The notes under the pieces were generated by a model that made no database searches, was not told where the DNA came from, and saw only the letters and a program-made list of their open reading frames with translations. DNA of 64,000 nucleotides from a virus. The stretch covers positions 1-64,000 of IMG/VR virus record IMGVR_UViG_3300032086_003797; one strand, given 5' to 3'. Every line of letters begins with the position of its first letter. The first letter of the stretch is position 1. Positions 49,249 through 58,460 of the stretch are shown in pieces. A program made the position numbers and the translations under genes.

Positions 49249-49626
49249 ATGGAGGAAATAAAAATGTCAGATGAAGAAAATAAAGTATCAGACGAAGAAT
49301 TGCCAGATGACTTAATTCCTAAGCCACCTTCAAAATTGGCACCTAGAGGGATTACTAGTTTCACGGTATATCGCCAGGCAGATGAAACAGGAGTCTCAGG
49401 CGAAGGCGTTGTGATCGAAGGTGTGAAGATGGCAACGGGTCAGTGTGTGGTGCATTGGCTCTACCCACCACCTCGTGGTGGTATCGCTATCTTTGATAGT
49501 ATGAGTGACTTTGTAAAGGTACACATCGAGCCACACCCAGCCAATCAGACGATCATCACATATCAGGATGGCACCAAAGAAGTCTTCGGTAAAAAAGAAG
49601 AGCTTGACAAATCCGAAGAAGAATAG
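49249..49626 (+). CDS. Hypothetical phage protein
   Basis: DETGVSGEGVV.EGV motif. Confidence 0.6.
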   Translation: MEEIKMSDEENKVSDEELPDDLIPKPPSKLAPRGITSFTVYRQADETGVSGEGVVIEGVKMATGQCVVHWLYPPPRGGIAIFDSMSDFVKVHIEPHPANQTIITYQDGTKEVFGKKEELDKSEEE

Positions 49627-49632
49627 TATAAT
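49604..49632 (+). promoter_or_regulatory. Consensus sigma70 promoter for dnaE
   Basis: TTGACA-17-TATAAT. Confidence 0.85.
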
Positions 49633-49658
49633 ATAAAAAAGCAAAGTAAAGGTTGCAC

Positions 49659-52600
49659 ATGACAAAACGAATCGAGAGCAAGATTCCTTTTGTGGGACTC
49701 CACGCCCACTCAGGACTTTCCCCGTTTGATGGCTTAGGTATGCCAGGCGAACATATGGACTTCGCCTTTGAGAATGGGATGAATGCCCACTCGCTTACCG
49801 ACCACGGACACATGAATGGCTTATCCTTCCAGGTTGAGCACCTAAAGAAGATGAGGGCAGATGGAAAAGACTTCAAAGCAATCTATGGTTGTGAAGCTTA
49901 CTTTATCAAGTCACACAAGAAGTGGCGTCAACAGTACGAAGAACACAAAGCCAGTAGCAAGCGGCAAAAGAAAGAAGAGTTTGCTATGGTTGTTGAGGAT
50001 GAGAACCGCCAGAAGAAGTTCAACCCTCTAAACATCCGCAGGCATTTGGTTCTATTGGTTCAGAATCAGGTTGGATTGAGCAACCTCTTCAAGCTTGTAT
50101 CGGACAGTTACCGTCCCGAGAATTTTTATCGCTACCCCCGTATCGACTTTGAGATGTTGGACAAATACAACGAGGGCTTGCTTGTTAGCAGTGCTTGTAT
50201 GTCAGGTCCGCTCTTTGGGGACTTTTGGAAGCACCGTGATCCAGTCACTCACGAGTACGACGCAGACATGGTTTTAGCATCGATGCGGCAGACGATCGGG
50301 GAGTTCCAGGATATCTTTGGCGACAGGTTCTACGGGGAGATCCAGTGGAACGACATTCCAGAGCAGCACATTGTCAATGACCTAATCATCCAAGCCTGTA
50401 CCGAGATGGGCGCAGAGGTTATCAGTACATCCGACAGCCATTACCCACGACCAGAATTGTGGAAGGACCGTGAGATGTACCGCCGTATTGGGTGGGCGGG
50501 CAAAGCTCCTTATGAAGATCAGGACGCTCATAGGCTGCCAGAGTCGGTAGAAGAGATCGGCTATGAGTTATATCCTCGCAACGGGGATCAGATGTGGGAT
50601 GCCTACAAGAAGTACGCAGGTCGATCTAAGGTAGAGTATGATGATGACTTTGTGTTGGCTAGCATTGAGCGCACACATCAGATCGCCTTTGATCGTATCG
50701 AGGACTTCCTACCAGACAGCGAAGTTCGCCTACCAGATTTTGTTGTGCCAGAGGGTAGCACGGCAATGCAGACCCTAACAAAGCAGGCACTCAAGGGGCT
50801 AAAAGATAAAGACCTTAAAGACCAAGAGTATATCGATCGCCTCAAGTATGAGTTGTCGGTTATTAAAGATCGAGGCTTCGCTCAATACTTCTTGACGATG
50901 AAGGCTATTAGCGACAGGGCGCAAGAGGAGATGCTTGTGGGTCTCGGTCGAGGCTCGGCAGCAGGATCATTATTATCCTACGTCCTAGACATTACGCAGG
51001 TCGACCCAATCAAGTATGCTCTCCAGTTTGAGAGGTTCCTAACCAAGGGCGGCAAAGGCTACCCCGACATCGACTTTGATGTTGAGGAGCCAATGCAACT
51101 CAAGGAGCAACTCGCAGAGGAGTGGGGGAAGATCGGCGTCAATGTTGTCCCCATCAGCAACTTCAACACGCTCCAGTTGCGCTCACTCATCAAAGACATT
51201 GGGAAGTTCTATGGCGTCCCGTTTGCAGAGGTGAACAAAGTCACAGGCGTCATGATGAGCGAAGCTACCCCTAAAGCCAAAGCAGCCCACGGTCAGACTG
51301 CGGGCGTTTACGTCCCGACATTTGAGGAAGTGAAGAAGTACAGCGAAACACTCCAGGCGTTCTTCGACAAGTACCCCGAGATCGCAACGCATGTTGACAA
51401 TCTTTTTGGCAATGTTCGTAGTGTGAGTAGGCACGCTGGTGGCATCGTTGTGGCAGAGAACTTGGATAAGCACATGCCATTGATCAACTCAGGTGGTGTG
51501 ATGCAAACCCCGTGGAGCGAGGGGCAGAACGTCAGGCACCTTGAGCCGCTCGGTTTTATTAAGTTTGACCTTCTCGGACTCTCAACTCTCCGTATGATTT
51601 CGGGAGCAATTCGACATGTGCTCAAGCGCCATCACGGCATTGAAGAGCCGACCTTTGAACAGGTCCGTGCCTTTTATGATGAGAAATTACACCCCGATGT
51701 AATCGACTTCGATGACCAAGAAGTCTGGAAAAATATTTTCCATAAAGGTAAGTGGGCGGGCGTTTTCCAGATGACCAGCGGACCAGCCCAGGCTTTCTGC
51801 CAAGAGGCAAAACCAGAGTCGCTTATGGACTTTGCAGCCATCACGGCAATCTTTAGACCAGGACCTTTGTCGGCAAAAGCGGATAAGATGTATATTGCCA
51901 ATAAGAGCAATCCAGATCAGGTAGAGTATAAGCACCCGCTTATCGAGGAGGTGCTAGGGGATACATACGGGTTACTGGTGTTCCAAGAGCAGTTGGCTAT
52001 GCTGGCTCACAAGCTGGGAGATAACATCTCGCTAGACGAAGGGAATCTCCTCCGCAAGGTTCTTACCAAGCGTGGCACAGGCAAAGACAGCGTAAGAGAT
52101 AAGATCTACGCTAAGTTTGTCAAAGGCTGCAATGACAAGGGGCTATCGGAGCAGGTTGCTAAAGACCTTTGGGCAAAGATGGTATTCTTCTCAGGCTACG
52201 GCTTCAACTTGTCACATGCAGTATCTTACGGAGCGGTGTCGTTTCAGTGCGCTTGGTTGGCACACTATTATCCGACCGAATGGATCGCAGCGTTCTTGGA
52301 CAAGGAGCCAGAGAAGCGCAAGATGGCAGCAATCAACACAGCCAAGAAGTTTGGCTTCAACATCGTACCAGCCAGCATCAACAAGTCAGGAATGGTTTGG
52401 GAGATCTCCGAGGATGGGCAAAACCTCATCCAGCCGTTGACTGCGATCAAGGGGTTGGGATCAACAGCTATCCAGCAAATCTTGGACCACCGACCTTTCA
52501 ATACGATTGAGGAGTTTATTTTCAATGAAAACATTACTTACTCCAAACTAAACAAGAAGGCACTGGACGTCCTGGTCCGAAGCCAGGCATTGAATGAGTT

Positions 52601-53087
52601 GATGGATGATCGCTTCACAGGGATGAAACACTTTTGGTCTTCTGTGGCAGTCGATCGCCCACGCAAGGAGAAGAACCTAATTGAGAATATTGACGCATAC
52701 AAAGAAGAAGGTAGCTTTACAAAGGAAGAAAAGATAGAACATCTAACAACCTTGACGGGAATCTATCCTATCGATCTAATCATGGATGATTTTACAAAGC
52801 AAGCTCTCATGAATAAGGGTTGCCCTCCCATCTCCGAGTTCGACCCCGAGCTTATCCTTTGTTGGTTCATTCCAAGAGAGATCAAGGTCAAGAAGACGAA
52901 GCACGGCAAGAAATATTATATTGTGTCAGTGACAGATCACAACGGAGCAGATGAGCAGATCAAATGCTGGGGTGTAAAAGACACAGACATTATTAAAACT
53001 AATCGTATTTACGTTGGCAAGCTTAAACATGAACCACGATGGGGATTTAGTACTTACAGCGTCAAGCATAATCTTAGGCTTTTATAA
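49659..53087 (+). CDS. dnaE: DNA polymerase III alpha subunit (family C)
   Basis: PHP motifs HAHS/TDHG/SDSHY; GRGSAAGS; PDIDFD; HAGG; KFDLLGL; YGFNLSHA. Confidence 0.96.
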   Translation: MTKRIESKIPFVGLHAHSGLSPFDGLGMPGEHMDFAFENGMNAHSLTDHGHMNGLSFQVEHLKKMRADGKDFKAIYGCEAYFIKSHKKWRQQYEEHKASSKRQKKEEFAMVVEDENRQKKFNPLNIRRHLVLLVQNQVGLSNLFKLVSDSYRPENFYRYPRIDFEMLDKYNEGLLVSSACMSGPLFGDFWKHRDPVTHEYDADMVLASMRQTIGEFQDIFGDRFYGEIQWNDIPEQHIVNDLIIQACTEMGAEVISTSDSHYPRPELWKDREMYRRIGWAGKAPYEDQDAHRLPESVEEIGYELYPRNGDQMWDAYKKYAGRSKVEYDDDFVLASIERTHQIAFDRIEDFLPDSEVRLPDFVVPEGSTAMQTLTKQALKGLKDKDLKDQEYIDRLKYELSVIKDRGFAQYFLTMKAISDRAQEEMLVGLGRGSAAGSLLSYVLDITQVDPIKYALQFERFLTKGGKGYPDIDFDVEEPMQLKEQLAEEWGKIGVNVVPISNFNTLQLRSLIKDIGKFYGVPFAEVNKVTGVMMSEATPKAKAAHGQTAGVYVPTFEEVKKYSETLQAFFDKYPEIATHVDNLFGNVRSVSRHAGGIVVAENLDKHMPLINSGGVMQTPWSEGQNVRHLEPLGFIKFDLLGLSTLRMISGAIRHVLKRHHGIEEPTFEQVRAFYDEKLHPDVIDFDDQEVWKNIFHKGKWAGVFQMTSGPAQAFCQEAKPESLMDFAAITAIFRPGPLSAKADKMYIANKSNPDQVEYKHPLIEEVLGDTYGLLVFQEQLAMLAHKLGDNISLDEGNLLRKVLTKRGTGKDSVRDKIYAKFVKGCNDKGLSEQVAKDLWAKMVFFSGYGFNLSHAVSYGAVSFQCAWLAHYYPTEWIAAFLDKEPEKRKMAAINTAKKFGFNIVPASINKSGMVWEISEDGQNLIQPLTAIKGLGSTAIQQILDHRPFNTIEEFIFNENITYSKLNKKALDVLVRSQALNELMDDRFTGMKHFWSSVAVDRPRKEKNLIENIDAYKEEGSFTKEEKIEHLTTLTGIYPIDLIMDDFTKQALMNKGCPPISEFDPELILCWFIPREIKVKKTKHGKKYYIVSVTDHNGADEQIKCWGVKDTDIIKTNRIYVGKLKHEPRWGFSTYSVKHNLRLL

Positions 53088-53096
53088 CATATAGTA

Positions 53097-53105
53097 ACTA
53101 TTTAT
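53097..53105 (+). promoter_or_regulatory. Putative late promoter ACTATTTAT
   Basis: Heads the MKITK-tag cluster. Confidence 0.65.
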
Positions 53106-53149
53106 ATTGTATTACCGCACCCGCAAGGTGCCCAAAGGGGATTTATCAA

Positions 53150-53389
53150 ATGAAGATTACTAAAGAACAACTCAAACAAATCATTAAAGAAGAAGTTGCT
53201 AGAGAGATGAACGAAGAGTACAGCACACAAATGGAAGTACTGTTCCAAGAGCTTATGCGAGTAGCCCAAGAGATGGGTGGAACACCAGAGATTATGGATG
53301 ATCTTCTAGCTATGCAGAATCGCCATGGTGGAACAAAGCCAAGCGAAACTGGTGCTGGCGATATAGACATGAGCAAGATGGACATCTAA
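53150..53389 (+). CDS. MKITK-tag protein (putative internal head protein)
   Basis: MKITKEQLKQIIKEE. Confidence 0.75.
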   Translation: MKITKEQLKQIIKEEVAREMNEEYSTQMEVLFQELMRVAQEMGGTPEIMDDLLAMQNRHGGTKPSETGAGDIDMSKMDI

Positions 53390-53390
53390 G

Positions 53391-53660
53391 ATGAAGATTA
53401 CAAAGCAGCAACTAAAACAAATTATTAAAGAAGAGGTTGGTCGCTACGCAGACCTTGGTAAAAACCCTCACGCAGACCAGCCACACGTTGCGGCTTTAAT
53501 GGAGATGCGTCAAAAGATCGGTTCACTTTCAAACGACATTGTTGATAAGTTGGGCGGCAGCGTTCCGATTCAAGATGCACAGAGTTATCTTGATGATGCT
53601 GCTAGGAACATCTCTAAGGCAATGGACGAGATCATGTTAGCATTGGAGATGGACTCATGA
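53391..53660 (+). CDS. MKITK-tag protein
   Basis: MKITKQQLKQIIKEE. Confidence 0.75.
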   Translation: MKITKQQLKQIIKEEVGRYADLGKNPHADQPHVAALMEMRQKIGSLSNDIVDKLGGSVPIQDAQSYLDDAARNISKAMDEIMLALEMDS

Positions 53661-53758
53661 AAAACTTTTTACACAAATTAGTTAACTTATTCAATAGCAG
53701 CCACTGTTGCTGCTGCTGTGGCTGTTGCGCTTGCACTAGCTGCGAAGGGGCATGTTAG
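53657..53758 (+). CDS. 33-aa Cys-rich peptide (metallothionein-like?)
   Basis: MKNFLHKLVNLFNSSHCCCCCGCCACTSCEGAC; ATGA overlap upstream, TAG-ATG abutting downstream. Confidence 0.65.
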   Translation: MKNFLHKLVNLFNSSHCCCCCGCCACTSCEGAC

Positions 53759-54130
53759 ATGAAAGAACTATTATCAGAGTGGCGCAAGTATATTACAGAA
53801 GTCAGGTATTCTGGCAACCAGGGCGATCGACAAAAAGAAGTTGTCGAAGCAATGCTCAAAGAGCTTGGTTTGGTCGGTGACGAAAACACAGACAAAGCAA
53901 CATACGCATACACCTACACGCTCAGGTCTGTAGCAAAAAATCAGAACCTTAACGACAAGCAGAGAGCGGCGCTAGAAGACCCTCGCTTCAAGAAAGCTAC
54001 TGGCATGTTCATGGAGTTCAAGAAGGAACTAGAGGGACAAGATGCGGACCCAGAGATAATTTTTGAAACTGCAACAATGCTAACCAAAGAGGCAGGTAAT
54101 CGTCTATCTGACGAAGATGATTTAGGCTGA
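53759..54130 (+). CDS. Hypothetical protein with alternative N-terminal helix tag
   Basis: MKELLSEWRKYITE. Confidence 0.65.
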   Translation: MKELLSEWRKYITEVRYSGNQGDRQKEVVEAMLKELGLVGDENTDKATYAYTYTLRSVAKNQNLNDKQRAALEDPRFKKATGMFMEFKKELEGQDADPEIIFETATMLTKEAGNRLSDEDDLG

Positions 54131-54140
54131 GGGATAACAA

Positions 54141-54380
54141 ATGAAAATTACAAAACAACAATTACAACAAATAATCAAAGAGGAACTCCTCAAGGAACGG
54201 CTGGACGAAGAACTTGAGGTTGTTATGCAACACCTAGAGAAGGCACAGGAACTTCTTGGAGATTATATTAGAGAACAGGGGGGTGACTACCATCCGCTTA
54301 TGGACGCAGAAGATCAACTTAGGACCGTAATTGGTGACGTTGGTAGAAGCGGCAGCGAAGGCGCTGGATTCGGATTTTAA
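54141..54380 (+). CDS. MKITK-tag protein
   Basis: MKITKQQLQQIIKEE. Confidence 0.75.
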   Translation: MKITKQQLQQIIKEELLKERLDEELEVVMQHLEKAQELLGDYIREQGGDYHPLMDAEDQLRTVIGDVGRSGSEGAGFGF

Positions 54381-54381
54381 A

Positions 54382-54558
54382 ATGAAAATCACCAAAGACC
54401 AACTGCGAAATATTATTAAAGAAGAAATCTCAGATCGTGACAAAGATACGATGAATGATGTTATAGCAGAGCTTAAGAAAGCCGTGCAGGCACATAAGTC
54501 CCAGCATGAAAGACTACAAGCTATCCTAGACAGACTAGTAGATAGCGAGGGAGATTAA
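54382..54558 (+). CDS. MKITK-tag protein
   Basis: MKITKDQLRNIIKEE. Confidence 0.75.
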   Translation: MKITKDQLRNIIKEEISDRDKDTMNDVIAELKKAVQAHKSQHERLQAILDRLVDSEGD

Positions 54559-54559
54559 A

Positions 54560-55210
54560 GTGAAAATCACAAAAACTCAACTACGAAATATTATTAGACA
54601 AGAGTTAGCAGAAGAAACCCAAGGCGAGATGAACCTGGCGGGGATCAATAAGACGATCCATGCTGGCTTGTTAGATCGTGGCAGAGACAACGACCTTTAT
54701 GATGCACTGGTCAAAGCCGCTGTAGAATATGAAGAACACTTAACTAAAGTGCTGGCGAGTATTATTCCAGATATGAAGAGCAAGCCAATTGCTCACATAG
54801 AGTCAATCACCACAGGTGTTTTGAGGTATGATATATATTACCCAGAGCATATTGAGATAGAACTCAAGGCTATTCCAAACCGAGGCGACACATCTAAAAC
54901 CGTATTCAACCTTAGTGTACAGTTCCCCTTTGGTGATGATAAGCTCGAAGACGAGAAATATGATGCCCTCAAGAAACTAAGAGGCGGTCATGGAAACATC
55001 GGCAGCGTAAAGGGCGTGTTGAATCTATTGGCACAAGGCGGCAGCCTTTATAAGAGCCAGACCAAAGGCTTGGCAGCCGAGCCAGAAGGTCAAGGCGAAC
55101 TGCCATTCGGCGAAAGCAAAAAACGCCATATTAAAATCTCAAATAACACACTGAATAAAATTATTCAGGAAGAGCTTAGAAATGTTTTATTGGAGAAGGG
55201 GAGCAAGTAG
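54560..55210 (+). CDS. MKITK-tag protein with tags at both termini
   Basis: N-terminal MKITKTQLRNIIRQE; C-terminal IKISNNTLNKIIQEE. Confidence 0.75.
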   Translation: MKITKTQLRNIIRQELAEETQGEMNLAGINKTIHAGLLDRGRDNDLYDALVKAAVEYEEHLTKVLASIIPDMKSKPIAHIESITTGVLRYDIYYPEHIEIELKAIPNRGDTSKTVFNLSVQFPFGDDKLEDEKYDALKKLRGGHGNIGSVKGVLNLLAQGGSLYKSQTKGLAAEPEGQGELPFGESKKRHIKISNNTLNKIIQEELRNVLLEKGSK

Positions 55211-55213
55211 AAC

Positions 55214-56131
55214 ATGAACATCAAACAACTCAGAGAGTTAATTATAGAAACACAAAGAGAGATGCTACAGGAGCGTCAAAGCTTTTTGCTTGATCAGCCT
55301 GGCGTAGTCAATGAAGAACTACTGGATGAGGGTGTTTATGATAAGGGCATTCTCAAAGCAGTCTTCACAGCGGGCGGACCAGGCAGTGGTAAATCTTATG
55401 TGGCTGACGTAATGTTTGATGCCAGAGAAGCTGGCAAGGATAAGCAGTTTGATGCTGCCTCGTTTGTTGGTCGCTATGGGCTTAAATATGTTAATAGCGA
55501 CAACTTGTTTGAGATAGGCCTCAAGAAGATGGGTATCCCACTCGCTGATCTTGGTGCCATCTCGCAAGCTGCCAAAGAAGGCGGCGAGTATAAAGGACAA
55601 GATGCAAAAGAACTAGCACAACAGATTGGTCTGCTGGGTAAGCGAGCCGACTCTACCCGAGCCATCGCCAAGGGTAAGCTAGCAAAGCTTCAGGGCTATT
55701 ATGCCGCTGGTCGCCTGGGGATGCTGATTGATGGTACTGGCAAAGATTATAATAAGATGGTGCAAAAAAGGCAACGCTTGATTGACCTTGGGTACGACAC
55801 CTACATGATCTTTGTGGACACCTCCCTAGATCGTGCTCTAAAGCAAAACGCAAAGAGAGAAAGAAAGTTAGACCCTGAAGAAGTACAGAAGATGTGGCAG
55901 CAAGTTCAGGACAATAAGGAAAACTATCAAGAGCTATTTGGCGCTAATAATTTTACAATCGTTGTCAACAATGAGCCAGTGCCACCAACCAAGGAAGCAA
56001 CAAGATCGGTGCAGAGATTCGCCGAGGCTCCAGTTGAAAACCCTCTGGGTCAATCTTGGATGAACGTACAGCTTGCCGCCAAGGATACTTCGGGTGACGC
56101 ACCCTCAGAAGAACCTTCCGAAGAAGAATAA
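55214..56131 (+). CDS. Zeta-toxin/AAA_33-like P-loop kinase with N-terminal tag
   Basis: AGGPGSGKS, VNSD, LIDGTG, N..RER. Confidence 0.75.
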   Translation: MNIKQLRELIIETQREMLQERQSFLLDQPGVVNEELLDEGVYDKGILKAVFTAGGPGSGKSYVADVMFDAREAGKDKQFDAASFVGRYGLKYVNSDNLFEIGLKKMGIPLADLGAISQAAKEGGEYKGQDAKELAQQIGLLGKRADSTRAIAKGKLAKLQGYYAAGRLGMLIDGTGKDYNKMVQKRQRLIDLGYDTYMIFVDTSLDRALKQNAKRERKLDPEEVQKMWQQVQDNKENYQELFGANNFTIVVNNEPVPPTKEATRSVQRFAEAPVENPLGQSWMNVQLAAKDTSGDAPSEEPSEEE

Positions 56132-56185
56132 ATAAATCCTTTACAAATAGTATAGGTGTGGTATCCTTATAAAGAAAGGGGTACA

Positions 56186-56464
56186 GTGGATAAGAAACAA
56201 AAGAAAAGCCTCAAGCGCAAGGCTAAGAATAAAAAGCAGAAGCAAGCGTCTGAGGAAGCCCAACGGCGGATGCAGAAGCAGATTAATTTGTTTGACAAAC
56301 TACCAAAAACATGTTCTACTTGTAGTATGGAATTCCCAAAGACAAGAGAAGCACACATGAGTTGGAAAGTAGTAGTTAGAGCTAAGAACGAGATGGTTAG
56401 GTTATTCTGCCCAGCCTGTCAAAACAAAGTCACTGAACTTGTAGGAGAACAAAGTGAAGTTTAA
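56186..56464 (+). CDS. Basic Zn-ribbon protein
   Basis: CSTC...CPAC; TTTACA-16-TATCCT promoter-like element at 56140-56167. Confidence 0.55.
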   Translation: MDKKQKKSLKRKAKNKKQKQASEEAQRRMQKQINLFDKLPKTCSTCSMEFPKTREAHMSWKVVVRAKNEMVRLFCPACQNKVTELVGEQSEV

Positions 56465-57500
56465 AGAAGCAGTCACTTATGATGATATGCTTTTGGTGCC
56501 GCAGTACAGCGATATCGAAAGTAGGAGCGAGGTAGACATTACAAACTACCTTGGGCACAGAGAGTTTACTTTACCTATCATTGCTTCACCGATGGACACC
56601 GTGTCTGAAACAGAGATGGCAGTCACCATGATTAACGCTGGCGGGCTTGCTGTACTCCACCGTTACAACTCTATCACAGAGCAACAAGCTATGGCAGTCG
56701 AAGTAGACAAGGCTACTAACTTGGTTGAGAAAAAGCTCGCCGCTGCTATCGGCGTGACGGGTGATTACCTAGAGCGTACCGAGGCGCTTATCAGTGCTGG
56801 TGTTGATATCCTCTGTGTGGATGTTGCCCATGGACATCATGCCTTGATGAAGAAAGCACTTACGACTTTGCGGCAAGAATATGGAAATAATATTTATATT
56901 ATGGCAGGCAACGTCTGCACGTTAGAAGGTATCAACGATCTTGCTGATTGGGGTGCCAACGCAGTGCGCTGTAATATTGGTGGCGGCTCCATTTGTAGCA
57001 CTCGTATAGTCACGGGTCATGGATTGCCAGGCTTGCAAACAATCTTTGATTGTGCTAAAACAGACAGAGATGTTGCAATCATCGCAGATGGCGGAATCAA
57101 AACCTCTGGAGATATTGTCAAAGCCCTAGCCGCAGGAGCCGACTTTGTGATGTGTGGGTCTCTTCTGGCAGGCACAACTGAGAGTCCTGGCAGGGTGATC
57201 AGTCTACCCGATAATAGCAGGGTCAAAGAATATCGAGGCATGGCCTCTAAAGATGCACAAATGAACTGGCGCAACAAGTCTTCTACCCCAGAGGGCGTTG
57301 CCTCATATATTCCATTTAAGGGCAGTGCTATTGATATCTTGAGGGATCTTGATGGCGGTATTCGCAGTGGATTATCTTACACTGGTGCTCGTAGTATTGA
57401 CGAGCTACAACATAAAGTAGAGTGGGCCCGACAAACCTCAGCAGGCTTGATCGAGAGTGGTACACATATCCTAACAACCCAAAGCGGTCGGAGAAAATAA
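56454..57500 (+). CDS. IMP dehydrogenase / GMP reductase family (no CBS domains)
   Basis: [39 protein letters not shown]. Confidence 0.9.
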   Translation: MKFKEAVTYDDMLLVPQYSDIESRSEVDITNYLGHREFTLPIIASPMDTVSETEMAVTMINAGGLAVLHRYNSITEQQAMAVEVDKATNLVEKKLAAAIGVTGDYLERTEALISAGVDILCVDVAHGHHALMKKALTTLRQEYGNNIYIMAGNVCTLEGINDLADWGANAVRCNIGGGSICSTRIVTGHGLPGLQTIFDCAKTDRDVAIIADGGIKTSGDIVKALAAGADFVMCGSLLAGTTESPGRVISLPDNSRVKEYRGMASKDAQMNWRNKSSTPEGVASYIPFKGSAIDILRDLDGGIRSGLSYTGARSIDELQHKVEWARQTSAGLIESGTHILTTQSGRRK

Positions 57501-57501
57501 A

Positions 57502-57768
57502 TTGTATAAGTTAGAAAATGGTAGCATTTGTTTTGATTTCTTTGACAGGCTCAGTAAGTCATGCAGCAAGCAAGAATGTAGACACTGGATCGACTACGAG
57601 GGAGATAGTAACTGTTCAGTAGTTTGTGCAAATAAAAACCCAGGCGGTCTAAGCCTGCGAGACGTCGCCGATCGATTACAGATTAGCTTCCCGAGAGTCA
57701 AGCAAATTCAAGATAAAGCAATGGAAAAAGCAGGCAAAAGAGGACTTTTTGATTTCATGGAGGAATAA
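57502..57768 (+). CDS. Stand-alone sigma70 region-4-like HTH protein
   Basis: LSLRDVADRLQISFPRVKQIQDKA; Cys-rich N-terminus. Confidence 0.65.
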   Translation: MYKLENGSICFDFFDRLSKSCSKQECRHWIDYEGDSNCSVVCANKNPGGLSLRDVADRLQISFPRVKQIQDKAMEKAGKRGLFDFMEE

Positions 57769-57781
57769 TACTTTTTACCCA

Positions 57782-57790
57782 ACTATTTAC
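57782..57790 (+). promoter_or_regulatory. Putative late promoter ACTATTTAC
   Basis: Upstream of the acidic protein at 57847. Confidence 0.6.
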
Positions 57791-57846
57791 TAACAGTTGA
57801 CGAAGACGTCATCTAAGTATATCTGATTTATTAAGGAGTTGAATAA

Positions 57847-58389
57847 ATGACAAAGCAAGATAAACTACTAAACGAACAGACCATCCGCAGATGGGCTAAG
57901 TTAGCTGACGTTAACGTCATCAGCGAAACATTCTTCGCAGACGAAGAAGAAGTTACAGAGAATACCGAGACAGAAGAAACTGACGAAGAAGAAACGGTAA
58001 CCGAAGACGGTGCCGCTACTGAGGAAAACACCATCGAAGAAGAGGCTCACGAAGAGGGCGAGGAAGAAGGTGATATGGATGTAGAGATGGACATGGGCGA
58101 CGCAGACGATGCCGAAGGCATGGATGTTGTTCAAGCTGTCCTAAAAGCTCTTGAGCCATTTGGTGTTGAGACTGAAGAAGATGATGAAGCAGAAGAGGCA
58201 GCACCAGAAATGGAAGCTGGCGAAGCTGAAGATGCCGCAATGGCAGCCGAAGATCCAGCAATGGATCATGGTATGGGAGATCGCTATAACCGCAAAGACG
58301 AGCAGATCGATCTAGAGGTTGTTGATGAAGAGGCTTTAACTGAAGCAGTGCTCAAGCGAGTTCTTGAGCGAATCCTTACTAAGAAGTAA
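57847..58389 (+). CDS. Highly acidic protein (prohead core/internal protein-like)
   Basis: E/D-rich; RRWAKLAD resembles scaffold RWAVLAG. Confidence 0.7.
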   Translation: MTKQDKLLNEQTIRRWAKLADVNVISETFFADEEEVTENTETEETDEEETVTEDGAATEENTIEEEAHEEGEEEGDMDVEMDMGDADDAEGMDVVQAVLKALEPFGVETEEDDEAEEAAPEMEAGEAEDAAMAAEDPAMDHGMGDRYNRKDEQIDLEVVDEEALTEAVLKRVLERILTKK

Positions 58390-58421
58390 AGAAAGCCTTT
58401 ACACTTTGTCATTTATAAAGT

Positions 58422-58460
58422 AAGATGTAGGCCAGGGCAACTTGGTCTACATCTTTTTTT
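58422..58460 (+). terminator. Rho-independent terminator
   Basis: AAGATGTAGGCCAGG-GCAA-CTTGGTCTACATCTT plus T-tract. Confidence 0.8.

Noticed and set aside
8625-53087. Inteins or introns in terminase, helicase, RecA, NrdJ and DnaE
   Set aside because: Lengths are ordinary, and no splice-junction or homing-endonuclease motifs were seen
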